Assembly (NCBI GenBank): GCA_036153155.1
Contig: JAYZMM010000017.1
Span: 1,292-65,291 of the forward strand
Length of the DNA stretch: 64,000 bases
Reading direction: 5' to 3'
Origin: Planctomycetota bacterium
Lineage (GTDB): Bacteria > Planctomycetota > Planctomycetia > Pirellulales > UBA7805
In this document: piece by piece, positions 1 through 9,418 of the stretch
Layout: each line of letters opens with the position of its first letter
How positions within the stretch are numbered: the first letter of the stretch is position 1
Position numbers and translations under genes: made by a program
The notes under the pieces: model-generated
What the model was told of the DNA's origin: nothing
What the model saw: only the letters and a program-made list of their open reading frames with translations
Database searches by the model: none

Positions 1-1527
1 ATCCACTAATGCCATCCAACTCGCTTCGATGACGTTTTCGCTGACCCCTACGCTACCCCAGACACCCTCATCATCTTCAGTTTCAATAATCACACGCACG
101 GCGGCAGCGGTTGCTGCTTCAGAGTTAATCACCCGTACTTTGTAATCAACAAGCCGCATGCTATCGAGGTTAGGGTATGTCGGTTTAAGTGCTTTACGCA
201 ATGCCGCGTCAAGCGCATTGACTGGCCCATCTCCCTCAGCGACCTCGTGGCGGATTCCACCGCCGACCCAGAGTTTTACAGTTGCCTCAGTGGTAACCTG
301 TCCGGAACGATCAGTTTCCACATTCACATGATAATTGATTCGCTCAAAATGAGGCTTGAATGTTCCAACACTTCGTTTTACCAATAAGTCAAAAGATGCC
401 TCGGCAGCCTCAAACTGATATCCCTGATTCTCTAAATCAACAACCAGCGCCAAAATTCGATCCATCAATTCTCGATCATCTTGAATATTATGCTTTGTGG
501 TCATAGCGATAATATTCGACCGACCCGATAATTCACTCAATAAAAATCTTCGTTCATTACCGACACTCTCAGGATCAATATGCTCGTAACTTTTTGTTAC
601 GCGGCGTACCGCATGCACATGCATGCCACCTTTGTGGGCGAACGCACTGGAACCGACAAAGGCTTGATTGGTCGGGTAACGCATATTGGCTGTTTCGTAT
701 ACAAATCGCGACAGTTCGGTTAAGCGTTCAACGCCACTACCTTTCAAAACCTTATAGCAATCTTGTTTTATGGCTAAATTTGCAATGACACTTATCAGAT
801 CGGCGTTACCACAACGTTCCCCGAACCCATTAATAGTGCCTTGAACTTGTACCGCCCCCGCTTCAACTGCTGCCAAAGAATTCGCTACTGCTAACTCGCA
901 ATCGTTATGGCAATGGATGCCAGCGGGGACATCGATTTCGTTAATGGCTTTTGCCGTAATATCTTTAATTTCCCATGGCATTGTGCCACCATTGGTGTCA
1001 CAAAAAACAACCATGTCCGCTCCAGCCCCAATGGCACTCTGGATTGTTTCCAGCGCGTAGGTTGAATTAGATTTCCATCCGTCAAAGAAATGTTCCGCAT
1101 CGTAGATAACTTCTCGTCCCTGTGCTTTAAGGAACGCAATGGTCGAGGAAATCATTTCCAAGTTTTCATCGCAGGTTACACGAAGGACCTCGGCGACATG
1201 AAAGTCGGATGTTTTTCCAACGATAGTTATCACCGCAGCCGCACTGTCGAGCAGGGCCTGCATACCCGGGTCATCTTCCGGTTGCATGCCCTTGCGATGC
1301 GTCATCCCAAAAGCTGTTACTTTGGTGGTTCCAAGATCTGTCTCTGAAACCTGGCGGAAATATTCGGCATCCTTTTCGTTGGAAAGCGGATATCCCCCTT
1401 CGACATAATCAAACCCGAGATTCGCCAATTTTTCGGTGATCAGGATTTTATCCTGAAGAGAAAAATTTATGCCTTCGCCCTGGCTGCCATCGCGAAGAGT
1501 CGTATCGTAGATCTGAATGGTTTTCAT
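1..1527 (-). CDS. cimA: Citramalate synthase / 2-isopropylmalate synthase family protein (CimA-like); C-terminal end cut by window edge
   Basis: Absent from the ORF track because it runs off the window. Translating the minus strand from ATG at 1527..1525 gives MKTIQIYDTTLRDGSQGEGINFSLQDKILITEKLANLGFDYVEGGYP..., open for 509 codons down to position 1. The N-terminus is the typical HMGL-like (DRE-TIM) domain of CimA/LeuA. Confidence 0.8.
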   Translation of the reverse strand, partial: MKTIQIYDTTLRDGSQGEGINFSLQDKILITEKLANLGFDYVEGGYPLSNEKDAEYFRQVSETDLGTTKVTAFGMTHRKGMQPEDDPGMQALLDSAAAVITIVGKTSDFHVAEVLRVTCDENLEMISSTIAFLKAQGREVIYDAEHFFDGWKSNSTYALETIQSAIGAGADMVVFCDTNGGTMPWEIKDITAKAINEIDVPAGIHCHNDCELAVANSLAAVEAGAVQVQGTINGFGERCGNADLISVIANLAIKQDCYKVLKGSGVERLTELSRFVYETANMRYPTNQAFVGSSAFAHKGGMHVHAVRRVTKSYEHIDPESVGNERRFLLSELSGRSNIIAMTTKHNIQDDRELMDRILALVVDLENQGYQFEAAEASFDLLVKRSVGTFKPHFERINYHVNVETDRSGQVTTEATVKLWVGGGIRHEVAEGDGPVNALDAALRKALKPTYPNLDSMRLVDYKVRVINSEAATAAAVRVIIETEDDEGVWGSVGVSENVIEASWMALVD

Positions 1528-1536
1528 GATTGATTA

Positions 1537-1570
1537 TGAAAAAACCCTGAGGCATAAACACCTCAGGGTT
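1537..1570 (-). terminator. Intrinsic-terminator-type hairpin (possible attenuator) 10 nt upstream of the cimA start codon
   Basis: Perfect 10-bp inverted repeat: AACCCTGAGG (1543..1552) and CCTCAGGGTT (1561..1570), with an 8-nt loop. On the minus strand the stem runs into a T6 tract, then CATAATCAATC, then the ATG. Confidence 0.55.
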
Positions 1571-1694
1571 CGATGAATCGATCGATGGACCGTATTGATT
1601 GGCTCGTTCTTTCGATTTGGCTGATCGGTCTTCAATCCCTTCAGTGGAAAGACAGAAAAAGCCGCCGGAGAAGGTTAGCAAAAACTCTCATACC

Positions 1695-1723
1695 AGAATA
1701 AAAATGGGGGGGAGAGGTGTCAA
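1695..1723 (-). promoter_or_regulatory. Candidate sigma70-type promoter for cimA
   Basis: On the minus strand: TTGACA (1723..1718), a 17-nt spacer, then TATTCT (1700..1695). It lies in the 235-bp gap between the ftsK stop and the cimA start. Sequence match only. Confidence 0.3.
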
Positions 1724-1762
1724 TCGGGTGAGAAGGAAGGATGGTCCAAAACTCGGGACTTT

Positions 1763-4753
1763 TTACACTTTTTCCTCCTCAAAGGACTCCTCCGCTTCAC
1801 CTACATTGGCTTCCCATTCCTCGTCCTCGTGTTCGTCCTCCTCCCAGTCACCGTCATCAGATTCAGCTTCTTCACAGTCCTCTTCGTATTCGTACTCGTA
1901 CTCGTACTCCTCATCCTCGTCGTCTGCCTCAGCCTCTTCACCGGCAGCGATTTCATCTTCTTCTAACTCTTCCTCCTCCCACTCTTCTTCTTCATCCTGG
2001 GCGACATCTTCTTCTACTTCATCTTCCTCGATTTCGTCATACTCGACGTCATCTACTTCTTCGTCCTCGGCTTCCTCATCATATTCGGCATCTTCATATT
2101 CGCCGTCTTCATATTCGGCATCTTCTTCCTCTTGGCCCTCTTCTTCAATCACATCAGTACTGCCACGTAGTTCGGCATACTCGGTGTGATCTTCTTCAAC
2201 GGTACCTACTGGTGTCGATTCCTCCAGTCGGATCGACGTATCGCCTTCGCCACTGCTCATTGCCGCCCATTGATCAGCCGTTACCAAAACCTCGCGCGCC
2301 TGGGATCCATTATAGGGTCCCACGATGCCGTCTTCAGCCATAAAGTCCACAAGCCGAGCTGCGCGACCGTAACCAATGCCTAGGCACCGCTGCAGCAGCG
2401 AAACACTTCCTCGTCCCTCGCCGATGACAACGTCGACAGCCGATTCGTATAGCGCATCCTTATTTTTATTTTCTGACGCAGCAGATTCTTCTGCATTTGC
2501 CGGTTGAAGCTTGACGAGTTCTTGCACAAACTGTGGGTCATTTGTCGCTACGCTATCGACAACCTTTGTAATTTCATCATCTGAGAGAAATGTCCCTTGG
2601 CCTCGTAAGAGCGTGCTGGTGCCTGGCCAGAGAAATAGCATATCGCCATTTCCCAGAAGTTTATCGGCACCCATTTCGTCCAGTACGACACGACTATCGG
2701 TACGGCTGGCGACTTGAAATGCGATTCGAGCGGGGAGATTGGATTTAATTAAACCGGTAATCACATCGACTGTCGGTTTCTGGGTCGCAAGCACAAGGTG
2801 AATACCAACAGCGCGACTTTTCTGCGCCAGACGAATAATGTGGCCCTCGACCTCTTTCGCCGCAGTCATCATCAAATCGGCCATTTCGTCGGCAATAATG
2901 ACAACGTATGGAAGATGGCGGGGAATATTGTCTCGTTCCTCGTCTGTTTCTGGCTGGATCCGATCGAGTAGTTCTTGTTCATCGAGTTGATTGTAGGAAC
3001 TGACATGCCGCACTCCCGCTTTGGCTAGGAGGGTGTATCGTTCCTCCATTTTGTCCACAGCCCATGCCAGAATCGCTTCGGCCTTTTTCATATCCGTTAC
3101 CACCGGATGCATCAGGTGGGGAAGCTTTTTATAGGGACTCAATTCCACCATCTTGGGATCAATCATAAGCATCTTCACCTCATCAGGTCGTCTTGTCATG
3201 ACCATGGAAGTGATGATGGAATTAAGACAAACACTTTTTCCAGTTCCAGTACGGCCTGCGATTAACAAGTGAGGGAGAGTTGCCAAATCAACAGTGGTTG
3301 ATTTCCCTGACACATCTTTGCCGAGAAATACAGGGATCTTCATTTTCTGCCATTTATTGTGATCCTCCTCCATCACTTCTCGGAGGCGTACCATGGAACG
3401 AGTGGTATTAGGAATCTCAATACCTACCGTGTTTTTCCCCGGAATTGGTGCGACAATTCTTACACTAGGTACCCTCAATGCGATGGCAATGTCATCCGCC
3501 AGATTTGTAATTTTTGCCAAGCGTAAACCAGCTTCCAATTCAACTTCATACTGGGCAATGACCGGGCCCGTTTCTATTTCAACGACACGTACATTAAATC
3601 CAAAATCAGCAAATGTTTTTTCAAGCGTTTTAGCTTTACGCCGGACCTCTTTTTCATGAGTGTCGTACTCCATTTGATCTGAAGGCAGCAGCAAATCAAC
3701 GCTTGGTAACTGATAATTTTCCAGACTGCTTTCCTGACTTGCCGCCTCGAGTGATTCGATCATCACGTCGCGTTCGTTAGGCGTCGCTGGCTTCTTGATC
3801 CTCAGCGCCGAAGCGAGACGCCGCTTTCGTTCACTTCGACGTGGGAGATGCGGGGTAGGTGCATCTTCCTCGTGTTCTTCCTCGGATTCTACTACTTCTT
3901 CCGGATATTCCTCATCTTCCTCTTCGTACTCATACTCGTCTTCCTCTTCATACTCATCCTCCTCGTATTCGTCCTCTGGTGGTTTTCCGTCATTGCGTTT
4001 TCTACCTCGAATGCGTACCTGCAGTTCTTCGTCTTCTTCCTCTTCGTATTCTTCTGCATCCTCCATCGAAGTCTTTTTAATATTTTTTTCCTTCGATGAA
4101 TCGGTGGAAGAGACACCGCGAAGGAGATGTTGCCCACCGCGGGAAAGGTGTGAAATGCCAAAAGCTGCAACGCGGAAAACGACGTAGTCGGTACACATCA
4201 CCAGACCCGCAAGAAAAACACTCACAGCCAATATATAGGCACCAATTGCGGCAAAGTGTAAGAGCAAGAGCTCGCTTCCAACCGCCCCCAATAGGCCTCC
4301 CGCTCCCAATTCCGGTCCTGTCCAAAGCGGGGGCAGTAGATGTGTCATCGACAAACTGACTAGCGTTGTGAAACCGATCAAAGAAATGAGCCACCCTGAA
4401 AATCGTATCCAACGCTGATCAATTGCTTTTCGACGCAACAGGAAAAAATCCAAAATTGCCAGGGAGATCACCAGGTAATAGCAACCGACCCCCGAGAAGC
4501 GAAGCAGTAGATCTGCGATCCATGCTCCAACTAATCCACATAAATTTGAAGTCTGGCCACCAGAGGGGTAGACCAAGGCGCCGGCGGTATTGCTCAATGA
4601 TGGATCTGAACGATCATATGAAATGACTGCTAGAGCCAAAAAGACAACAAGTGCCAATAGACCTAATGCAAAGAGATCTTGTTTGATATTGCGATTTTCG
4701 AACATGGACGCGGTTGCCAGATAATCTAAACTGCAGCCGCTGACGCGGCCCAA
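1763..4753 (-). CDS. ftsK: DNA translocase FtsK, with acidic linker and long acidic C-terminal tail
   Basis: It has N-terminal TM helices, the motor-domain Walker A GRTGTGKS, VVIIADEMADLMM, and the gamma domain LLQRCLGIGYGRAARLVDFMAEDGIVGP. The annotated start at 4753 is TTG; the ATG at 4705 (MFENRNIKQ...) is a likely alternative start. Confidence 0.93.
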   Translation of the reverse strand: MGRVSGCSLDYLATASMFENRNIKQDLFALGLLALVVFLALAVISYDRSDPSLSNTAGALVYPSGGQTSNLCGLVGAWIADLLLRFSGVGCYYLVISLAILDFFLLRRKAIDQRWIRFSGWLISLIGFTTLVSLSMTHLLPPLWTGPELGAGGLLGAVGSELLLLHFAAIGAYILAVSVFLAGLVMCTDYVVFRVAAFGISHLSRGGQHLLRGVSSTDSSKEKNIKKTSMEDAEEYEEEEDEELQVRIRGRKRNDGKPPEDEYEEDEYEEEDEYEYEEEDEEYPEEVVESEEEHEEDAPTPHLPRRSERKRRLASALRIKKPATPNERDVMIESLEAASQESSLENYQLPSVDLLLPSDQMEYDTHEKEVRRKAKTLEKTFADFGFNVRVVEIETGPVIAQYEVELEAGLRLAKITNLADDIAIALRVPSVRIVAPIPGKNTVGIEIPNTTRSMVRLREVMEEDHNKWQKMKIPVFLGKDVSGKSTTVDLATLPHLLIAGRTGTGKSVCLNSIITSMVMTRRPDEVKMLMIDPKMVELSPYKKLPHLMHPVVTDMKKAEAILAWAVDKMEERYTLLAKAGVRHVSSYNQLDEQELLDRIQPETDEERDNIPRHLPYVVIIADEMADLMMTAAKEVEGHIIRLAQKSRAVGIHLVLATQKPTVDVITGLIKSNLPARIAFQVASRTDSRVVLDEMGADKLLGNGDMLFLWPGTSTLLRGQGTFLSDDEITKVVDSVATNDPQFVQELVKLQPANAEESAASENKNKDALYESAVDVVIGEGRGSVSLLQRCLGIGYGRAARLVDFMAEDGIVGPYNGSQAREVLVTADQWAAMSSGEGDTSIRLEESTPVGTVEEDHTEYAELRGSTDVIEEEGQEEEDAEYEDGEYEDAEYDEEAEDEEVDDVEYDEIEEDEVEEDVAQDEEEEWEEEELEEDEIAAGEEAEADDEDEEYEYEYEYEEDCEEAESDDGDWEEDEHEDEEWEANVGEAEESFEEEKV

Positions 4754-5016
4754 CGTTAATCAGGGGCGCGTCCATGCCCAACTCTCTTCCAATTGTGAGT
4801 TGCTTTTCGACATGACTTGATCGATCCATCCGCTGTCTCGATCGTTGGCTCTATACAAGCCAAAATTCAGTGTCGCTGCCGTAAGCTCACCGGAAGAAGT
4901 CTAGCACTGCTTCGGGAAGAGGCTATTTTTTTTAAGCTGCGACAGAAAAGAAGGGGAAGAAATCCGCAAATTATTTGACGGTTGTACGGAATTCGTAAAC
5001 TCTTCAGCCGTTAAAG

Positions 5017-5925
5017 TTAAACCTTATCGCTTGTCTCGGTTTTAGAGGCAGGTCGCACGAACACCTTATGCGGTATCCATTGAAATGACTCTGCCTTATG
5101 CAGGATGGCAACCAGGCGGCAGTCAAAAAATGCGGCAATCTTTGCGGATTGGGGAGATGAAATAAGGTGAACTGGAGTCGATATTTTTCGACCGTGACTT
5201 ATATCCTCTAGCTGGTCGCTCGAAAGATCGATACGCTCAAGATGATTTACCGCAAATGCAGGCGAAATAAGCAGTTTAGAAATAGAAACTTTATCGAGCT
5301 GTTCGGGGGCATGCGATTCGGAAATTTTGAAATCTCCAATCGCTGTGCGGCAAAGCGATTTCATTACAGCAGACGTATTCAATCGACTTGCTAAATCACG
5401 TCCGATTGCTCGGACATAAGTTCCCCCACTACAGGTGATATCGAGTGTCAATTCTGGGTATGTAAAATCCACGAGCGAAATCGCGTAAATCGTAACTTCT
5501 CGTGGAGCAATCACAACTTGCTTGCCGCTGCGGGCGACGTCATAGGCCCGACGACCTTGCACTTTGATGGCAGAATATTGAGGGGGTTGCTGCATTAATT
5601 TTCCATGAAAATATTGCAACGCTTGCTGCACTTCCTCGATAGATGGAACGGGCGCTCCAAGGACTCGAGAAATTTCACCTTCAACATCGAGCGTCTCACT
5701 AGAACACCCCAGCAAGAATGTTCCTCTATATGACTTGGGCATTTGTTGCACAAACTCGACCAACCGCGTCGCTGATCCGATTCCGAGCACTAAAACACCG
5801 GTCGCAATCGGGTCGAGCGTTCCACAATGGCCGACTTTATGTTGTCCGGCAAGTCGTCCAATTTGATCGACGACAAACCGCGAAGTGACTCCATGCGGTT
5901 TGTTGATGTTAATGAATCCGAACAT
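5017..5925 (-). CDS. truB: tRNA pseudouridine(55) synthase TruB
   Basis: NINKPHGVTSRFVVDQI and the GHCGTLDPIATGVLVLGIG motif containing the catalytic Asp. Confidence 0.93.
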   Translation of the reverse strand: MFGFININKPHGVTSRFVVDQIGRLAGQHKVGHCGTLDPIATGVLVLGIGSATRLVEFVQQMPKSYRGTFLLGCSSETLDVEGEISRVLGAPVPSIEEVQQALQYFHGKLMQQPPQYSAIKVQGRRAYDVARSGKQVVIAPREVTIYAISLVDFTYPELTLDITCSGGTYVRAIGRDLASRLNTSAVMKSLCRTAIGDFKISESHAPEQLDKVSISKLLISPAFAVNHLERIDLSSDQLEDISHGRKISTPVHLISSPQSAKIAAFFDCRLVAILHKAESFQWIPHKVFVRPASKTETSDKV

Positions 5926-5957
5926 CGTTTGAGGGTCAATTATTTTGAATTCTTGCT

Positions 5958-7478
5958 TTATGTTGGAATACGCAGATTAAAACTATAAAGAGTCTGCACT
6001 TCCTCAGTTGATGCATTCTGAAGGTCTTCACAACGAGACATTATGGCTTGAGGTTCGTCTGAACCCTGAGAAGCCAGAGAATCTATTTTGGTGCGCAAAA
6101 TATCTTTCGTCACTAAAAAATCACTCCTGGAGTGGCCTAAAGGATACATTATTAAACCACTATCGACGGTTCCTAGTTCATCATGCCGTAGACGAATCGA
6201 TGTCGGGATTCCTTCAGGATATCTTTCGTCGTAAGACGGCCCGCCGTGCCGCACATGTATCTTTGCCATGAGTGAACGTATCGTTTGGTTCTGGATTTGC
6301 TCTGTGCTGTAATCCGCCGGAAGTAACATCAGATCCTTCCAGGATGCGGATTGTGTGCGGTACGCTTTTTCGAGAATTGCTGCGATGATGAACAGCATCG
6401 AGTGATCGGCTGTTTGTCGTGTTTGGGGATCTCTTTTCGCGGGATCTCCAATAATGCTGTAGGCCGGTTCATAAATCGTGATTTCAATATGTTCTGGAAA
6501 AATCCCACTATTTAACAACTGAGGGTATTTTTTCAAAAGATCAATAATGGCTTGTATTGCGCCGGCAGACTGGTGTTCATAAAGACCTAATTTGAAATGC
6601 ATATCGAGTATGGCAAAGTTTTCACCGCCACAGGTAAGCGTGAGATCAAAAGGACTTTCGCGATCATCGATTGGTGGTTGGGAAAGACAGAAAATCGCCT
6701 GACGATTTCTAAAAATATCGGCCGGGCCTACAAACCCTCGAAGCGCCCGATGAAGTGAAATGATCCCCATTTCGGTTGAGATCGCAGCACTTGCGCCCTT
6801 AGAGTCCGACAGTTGTTTACCTGAACGAATAGCGCGATAGGGGATATAGTGGGCAATCAAAAGTCCCAGTGCGGATTCAATCTGAGAGGCGTCTGCGCCC
6901 ATCATGGCACCATAGACGGTTGTGGAGGCAATGGCTCCATGAAGGACGTGGTCGATCTTGTAGTCTTTAAGACTGAATACCTCGGCCAAACGTCCACGAA
7001 TTTCATCGATCAACAGCATTCCAAGAGAAGCCTGAAAACCGTTCATTCCCATCGCCTGTGCGGCTGCGATTGCCACAGGATAAAAATCATTGTGTCCGAA
7101 CTCTCCTGCCGTTGCGTCCTGTTTTGGATTGAAACCAAAGTTCGTTCCATTCGCATCCCACTCTCTAACCGCGGCACAATTGGCCAGGATTGCCTTTTCA
7201 GGTGAAATCTCTTGCGTGGAGCCAAAACAAAATGATCCTGTGCCTTTCTGTTTGACCGGGTAACTGAGGGCCTCATTTCGAAGCACCGTGGGAGCATTTG
7301 TTTCTAAAGCTATTGCGGAGGCGGCGCAACAAACACTATCTAAGTGGAAAAGATTAAGTCGCTCAAAGACCGATGCACTTGGCGGAGGAAATTTTTCCGC
7401 CATAAAATCAATCGCAAATTCGCCAAGTGCTCTTGCTTGATTAGATGAACGGCTAAGCGTGATCGATGCTGCTGTCAT
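5958..7478 (-). CDS. MmgE/PrpD family protein (2-methylcitrate dehydratase-like)
   Basis: 506 aa. Length and N-terminal pattern (LGEFAIDF...LNLFHLDSVCCAASA) resemble the PrpD/MmgE family. Recognised by eye only. Confidence 0.6.
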   Translation of the reverse strand: MTAASITLSRSSNQARALGEFAIDFMAEKFPPPSASVFERLNLFHLDSVCCAASAIALETNAPTVLRNEALSYPVKQKGTGSFCFGSTQEISPEKAILANCAAVREWDANGTNFGFNPKQDATAGEFGHNDFYPVAIAAAQAMGMNGFQASLGMLLIDEIRGRLAEVFSLKDYKIDHVLHGAIASTTVYGAMMGADASQIESALGLLIAHYIPYRAIRSGKQLSDSKGASAAISTEMGIISLHRALRGFVGPADIFRNRQAIFCLSQPPIDDRESPFDLTLTCGGENFAILDMHFKLGLYEHQSAGAIQAIIDLLKKYPQLLNSGIFPEHIEITIYEPAYSIIGDPAKRDPQTRQTADHSMLFIIAAILEKAYRTQSASWKDLMLLPADYSTEQIQNQTIRSLMAKIHVRHGGPSYDERYPEGIPTSIRLRHDELGTVDSGLIMYPLGHSRSDFLVTKDILRTKIDSLASQGSDEPQAIMSRCEDLQNASTEEVQTLYSFNLRIPT

Positions 7479-7630
7479 AAGAGCCTCATAGATCTAAAAG
7501 ACGGTAAATGCGAGAGTGAGCGAGCAAAACGACAAGAAAATTTAAAAGAGAGTAGAAGCATATCGCGCGTAGAACCAGCATAACAGAGCTCCATTTGCAG
7601 TCGAAGCCGTCAACCTGCTAGGATTTTATT

Positions 7631-9418
7631 ATGGAATTAACACAACTTGGGCCATATCGCATTGAGAGAGAAATCGGTCGAGGCGGCATGGGGACCGTCT
7701 ATACCGCGATTGAAGAAACAACGGGCGAGAAAGTGGCAGTTAAAGTTCTCGCCCCTCTTCTGGCAAACCAGGAAGGGTTTCGTGATCGATTTGCTGCTGA
7801 GATTGAAGCACTCCAAGAACTGGATCACCCAAATATTGTTAAGCTCTTTGCGTCCGGGCAACAATCTGGCTGTCTTTACTACGCAATGGAATTTGTCGAT
7901 GGTTGCAGCTTAGAAGACGAGCTTTTCCGACGACGAAGGTTTCAGTGGCAAGAGGTGTGCCGGATCGGAATTGACCTTTGCCGGGCATTAAAACTTGCAC
8001 ATGATCACGGAGTTATCCACCGGGATATCAAACCGGCAAATCTTCTGTGGTCGAAAGACGAGCAAATCAAATTAAGTGATTTTGGGATAGCCCGATTATT
8101 TGGAAATACGGGCTTTACAAGTGAAGGAGGAGTGCTCGGGACCGCCGAATATATGGCCCCAGAACAGGCGGAAGGAAACCGTATAACTCACCACTGCGAC
8201 CTCTATAGCCTTGGGGGCGTCTTGTACGCAATGCTGGCGGGTCGACCCCCGTTTCAGAGTAAGTCGATGCTGAAGCTCCTACAAATGCAACGGTTCTCAC
8301 AGCCGGAAAGCGTTTGTAAATACGCTCCTGACACGCCAAGTGAATTTGATCAAATTATTTTACAACTTCTTGAGAAGGAACCAAATCAACGATTCCCGAA
8401 TGCTCTGTTAGTAGCGCGTCGCCTGGAAGCCATGCAACGAGCCCTTTCGCTAAAAAGCGAAAATGAACAAGCAGGTTCAATTGCCCAAGTCACCTCCGGA
8501 TTTGAAATTCATCCGTACGACGCTGATCGTCCGGATGATGAGATCGGTGAGACGATGGATATTGAATCAGTAAAGCCTGTAGCCAATGAACTGGTAGGGG
8601 ATGGAGATTCGGCGAGAGCACAAGGAGGGGAAGCAGAGAACAATAGTCTGCAAACCACCGAGGATCATTTCACCACGACAGAGGAAGCACTGCAAAAAAG
8701 AGAACTATTAGAACGTCCAAGGCACCCGTTTATATCCGCACCGACCTGGTTACTAGCCGCGGCATTACTGGCGACGATGGCTCTTGGCTGGTATTTTTTA
8801 CAGCCTGCTTCAGCGAATTCGTTATACGAACGCATAGAAATCGCCGCGCAAAATGACCGGTTGGTTGATGTCAAGCACGAGGTCGACCAGTTTCTACGAT
8901 ACTATCCCCGTGATCCACGGTGGCAGACCGTCTCACAATATCAAAGCGCTATTGAAGCTATCCAATTGAGAGGGCGGGCTTTACTTCAAGCGCGGATGCT
9001 GAATAAACGGTATCGCGATTCACCCATTGGGCCTGAATATTTATCGGCCATCGAATCGGCTGCTTTCGATCCCGAGGCTGCGGCAGCCCACTTGCGAGCC
9101 TTGATTTCACTCTATAAACCGCTAAGCGATGAAAAATTAATCGGCCCTTTTGTTCAAGCCGCTGAGATTCAACTTCCCTTTTTGGACCAACAGGCTTCTA
9201 GAAGGGTTCGTGTCGAAACTCAATTGATTGAGCGTCGCTTGGAAACGGCGCAGAGCATGATGAAAGATGATCCAGCCCAGACAAAAAGTATCTGCCAAGC
9301 GATATTTTTTCTTTATAAAGATAAAACCTGGGCCGATTCTCTCGTAAAAAAGGCAACGCAATTGCTTGAAGAGGCAAATAACTCTGGTGCCAAAGATATA
9401 ATTTCATCAAGGCAATGA
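7631..9418 (+). CDS. Ser/Thr protein kinase with TM segment and C-terminal helical extracytoplasmic domain
   Basis: Hanks-type motifs are present: GRGGMGTVY, VAVK, HRDIKPANLL, DFG and APE. A TM helix (WLLAAALLATMALGWYF) follows the kinase domain. Confidence 0.9.
   Translation: MELTQLGPYRIEREIGRGGMGTVYTAIEETTGEKVAVKVLAPLLANQEGFRDRFAAEIEALQELDHPNIVKLFASGQQSGCLYYAMEFVDGCSLEDELFRRRRFQWQEVCRIGIDLCRALKLAHDHGVIHRDIKPANLLWSKDEQIKLSDFGIARLFGNTGFTSEGGVLGTAEYMAPEQAEGNRITHHCDLYSLGGVLYAMLAGRPPFQSKSMLKLLQMQRFSQPESVCKYAPDTPSEFDQIILQLLEKEPNQRFPNALLVARRLEAMQRALSLKSENEQAGSIAQVTSGFEIHPYDADRPDDEIGETMDIESVKPVANELVGDGDSARAQGGEAENNSLQTTEDHFTTTEEALQKRELLERPRHPFISAPTWLLAAALLATMALGWYFLQPASANSLYERIEIAAQNDRLVDVKHEVDQFLRYYPRDPRWQTVSQYQSAIEAIQLRGRALLQARMLNKRYRDSPIGPEYLSAIESAAFDPEAAAAHLRALISLYKPLSDEKLIGPFVQAAEIQLPFLDQQASRRVRVETQLIERRLETAQSMMKDDPAQTKSICQAIFFLYKDKTWADSLVKKATQLLEEANNSGAKDIISSRQ

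Noticed and set aside
1599-2343. Two long plus-strand ORFs (196 aa, Ser-rich; 200 aa, Leu/Pro/His/Arg-rich) overlapping the 3' end of ftsK.
   Set aside because: They are the antisense mirror of the GAA/GAG/GAC/TAC codon repeats that encode the FtsK acidic tail. They are extreme low-complexity and have no start context. The ORFs at 3795..4187, 3848..4099 and 3859..4080, which lie opposite the acidic linker, have the same explanation.
9407-9418. Convergent gene overlaps: kinase/hydrolase by 12 nt here, and phosphatase/914-aa protein by 4 nt at 15852..15855.
   Set aside because: Short 3'-3' overlaps are common in compact genomes, and no structure or extra signal is associated with them.
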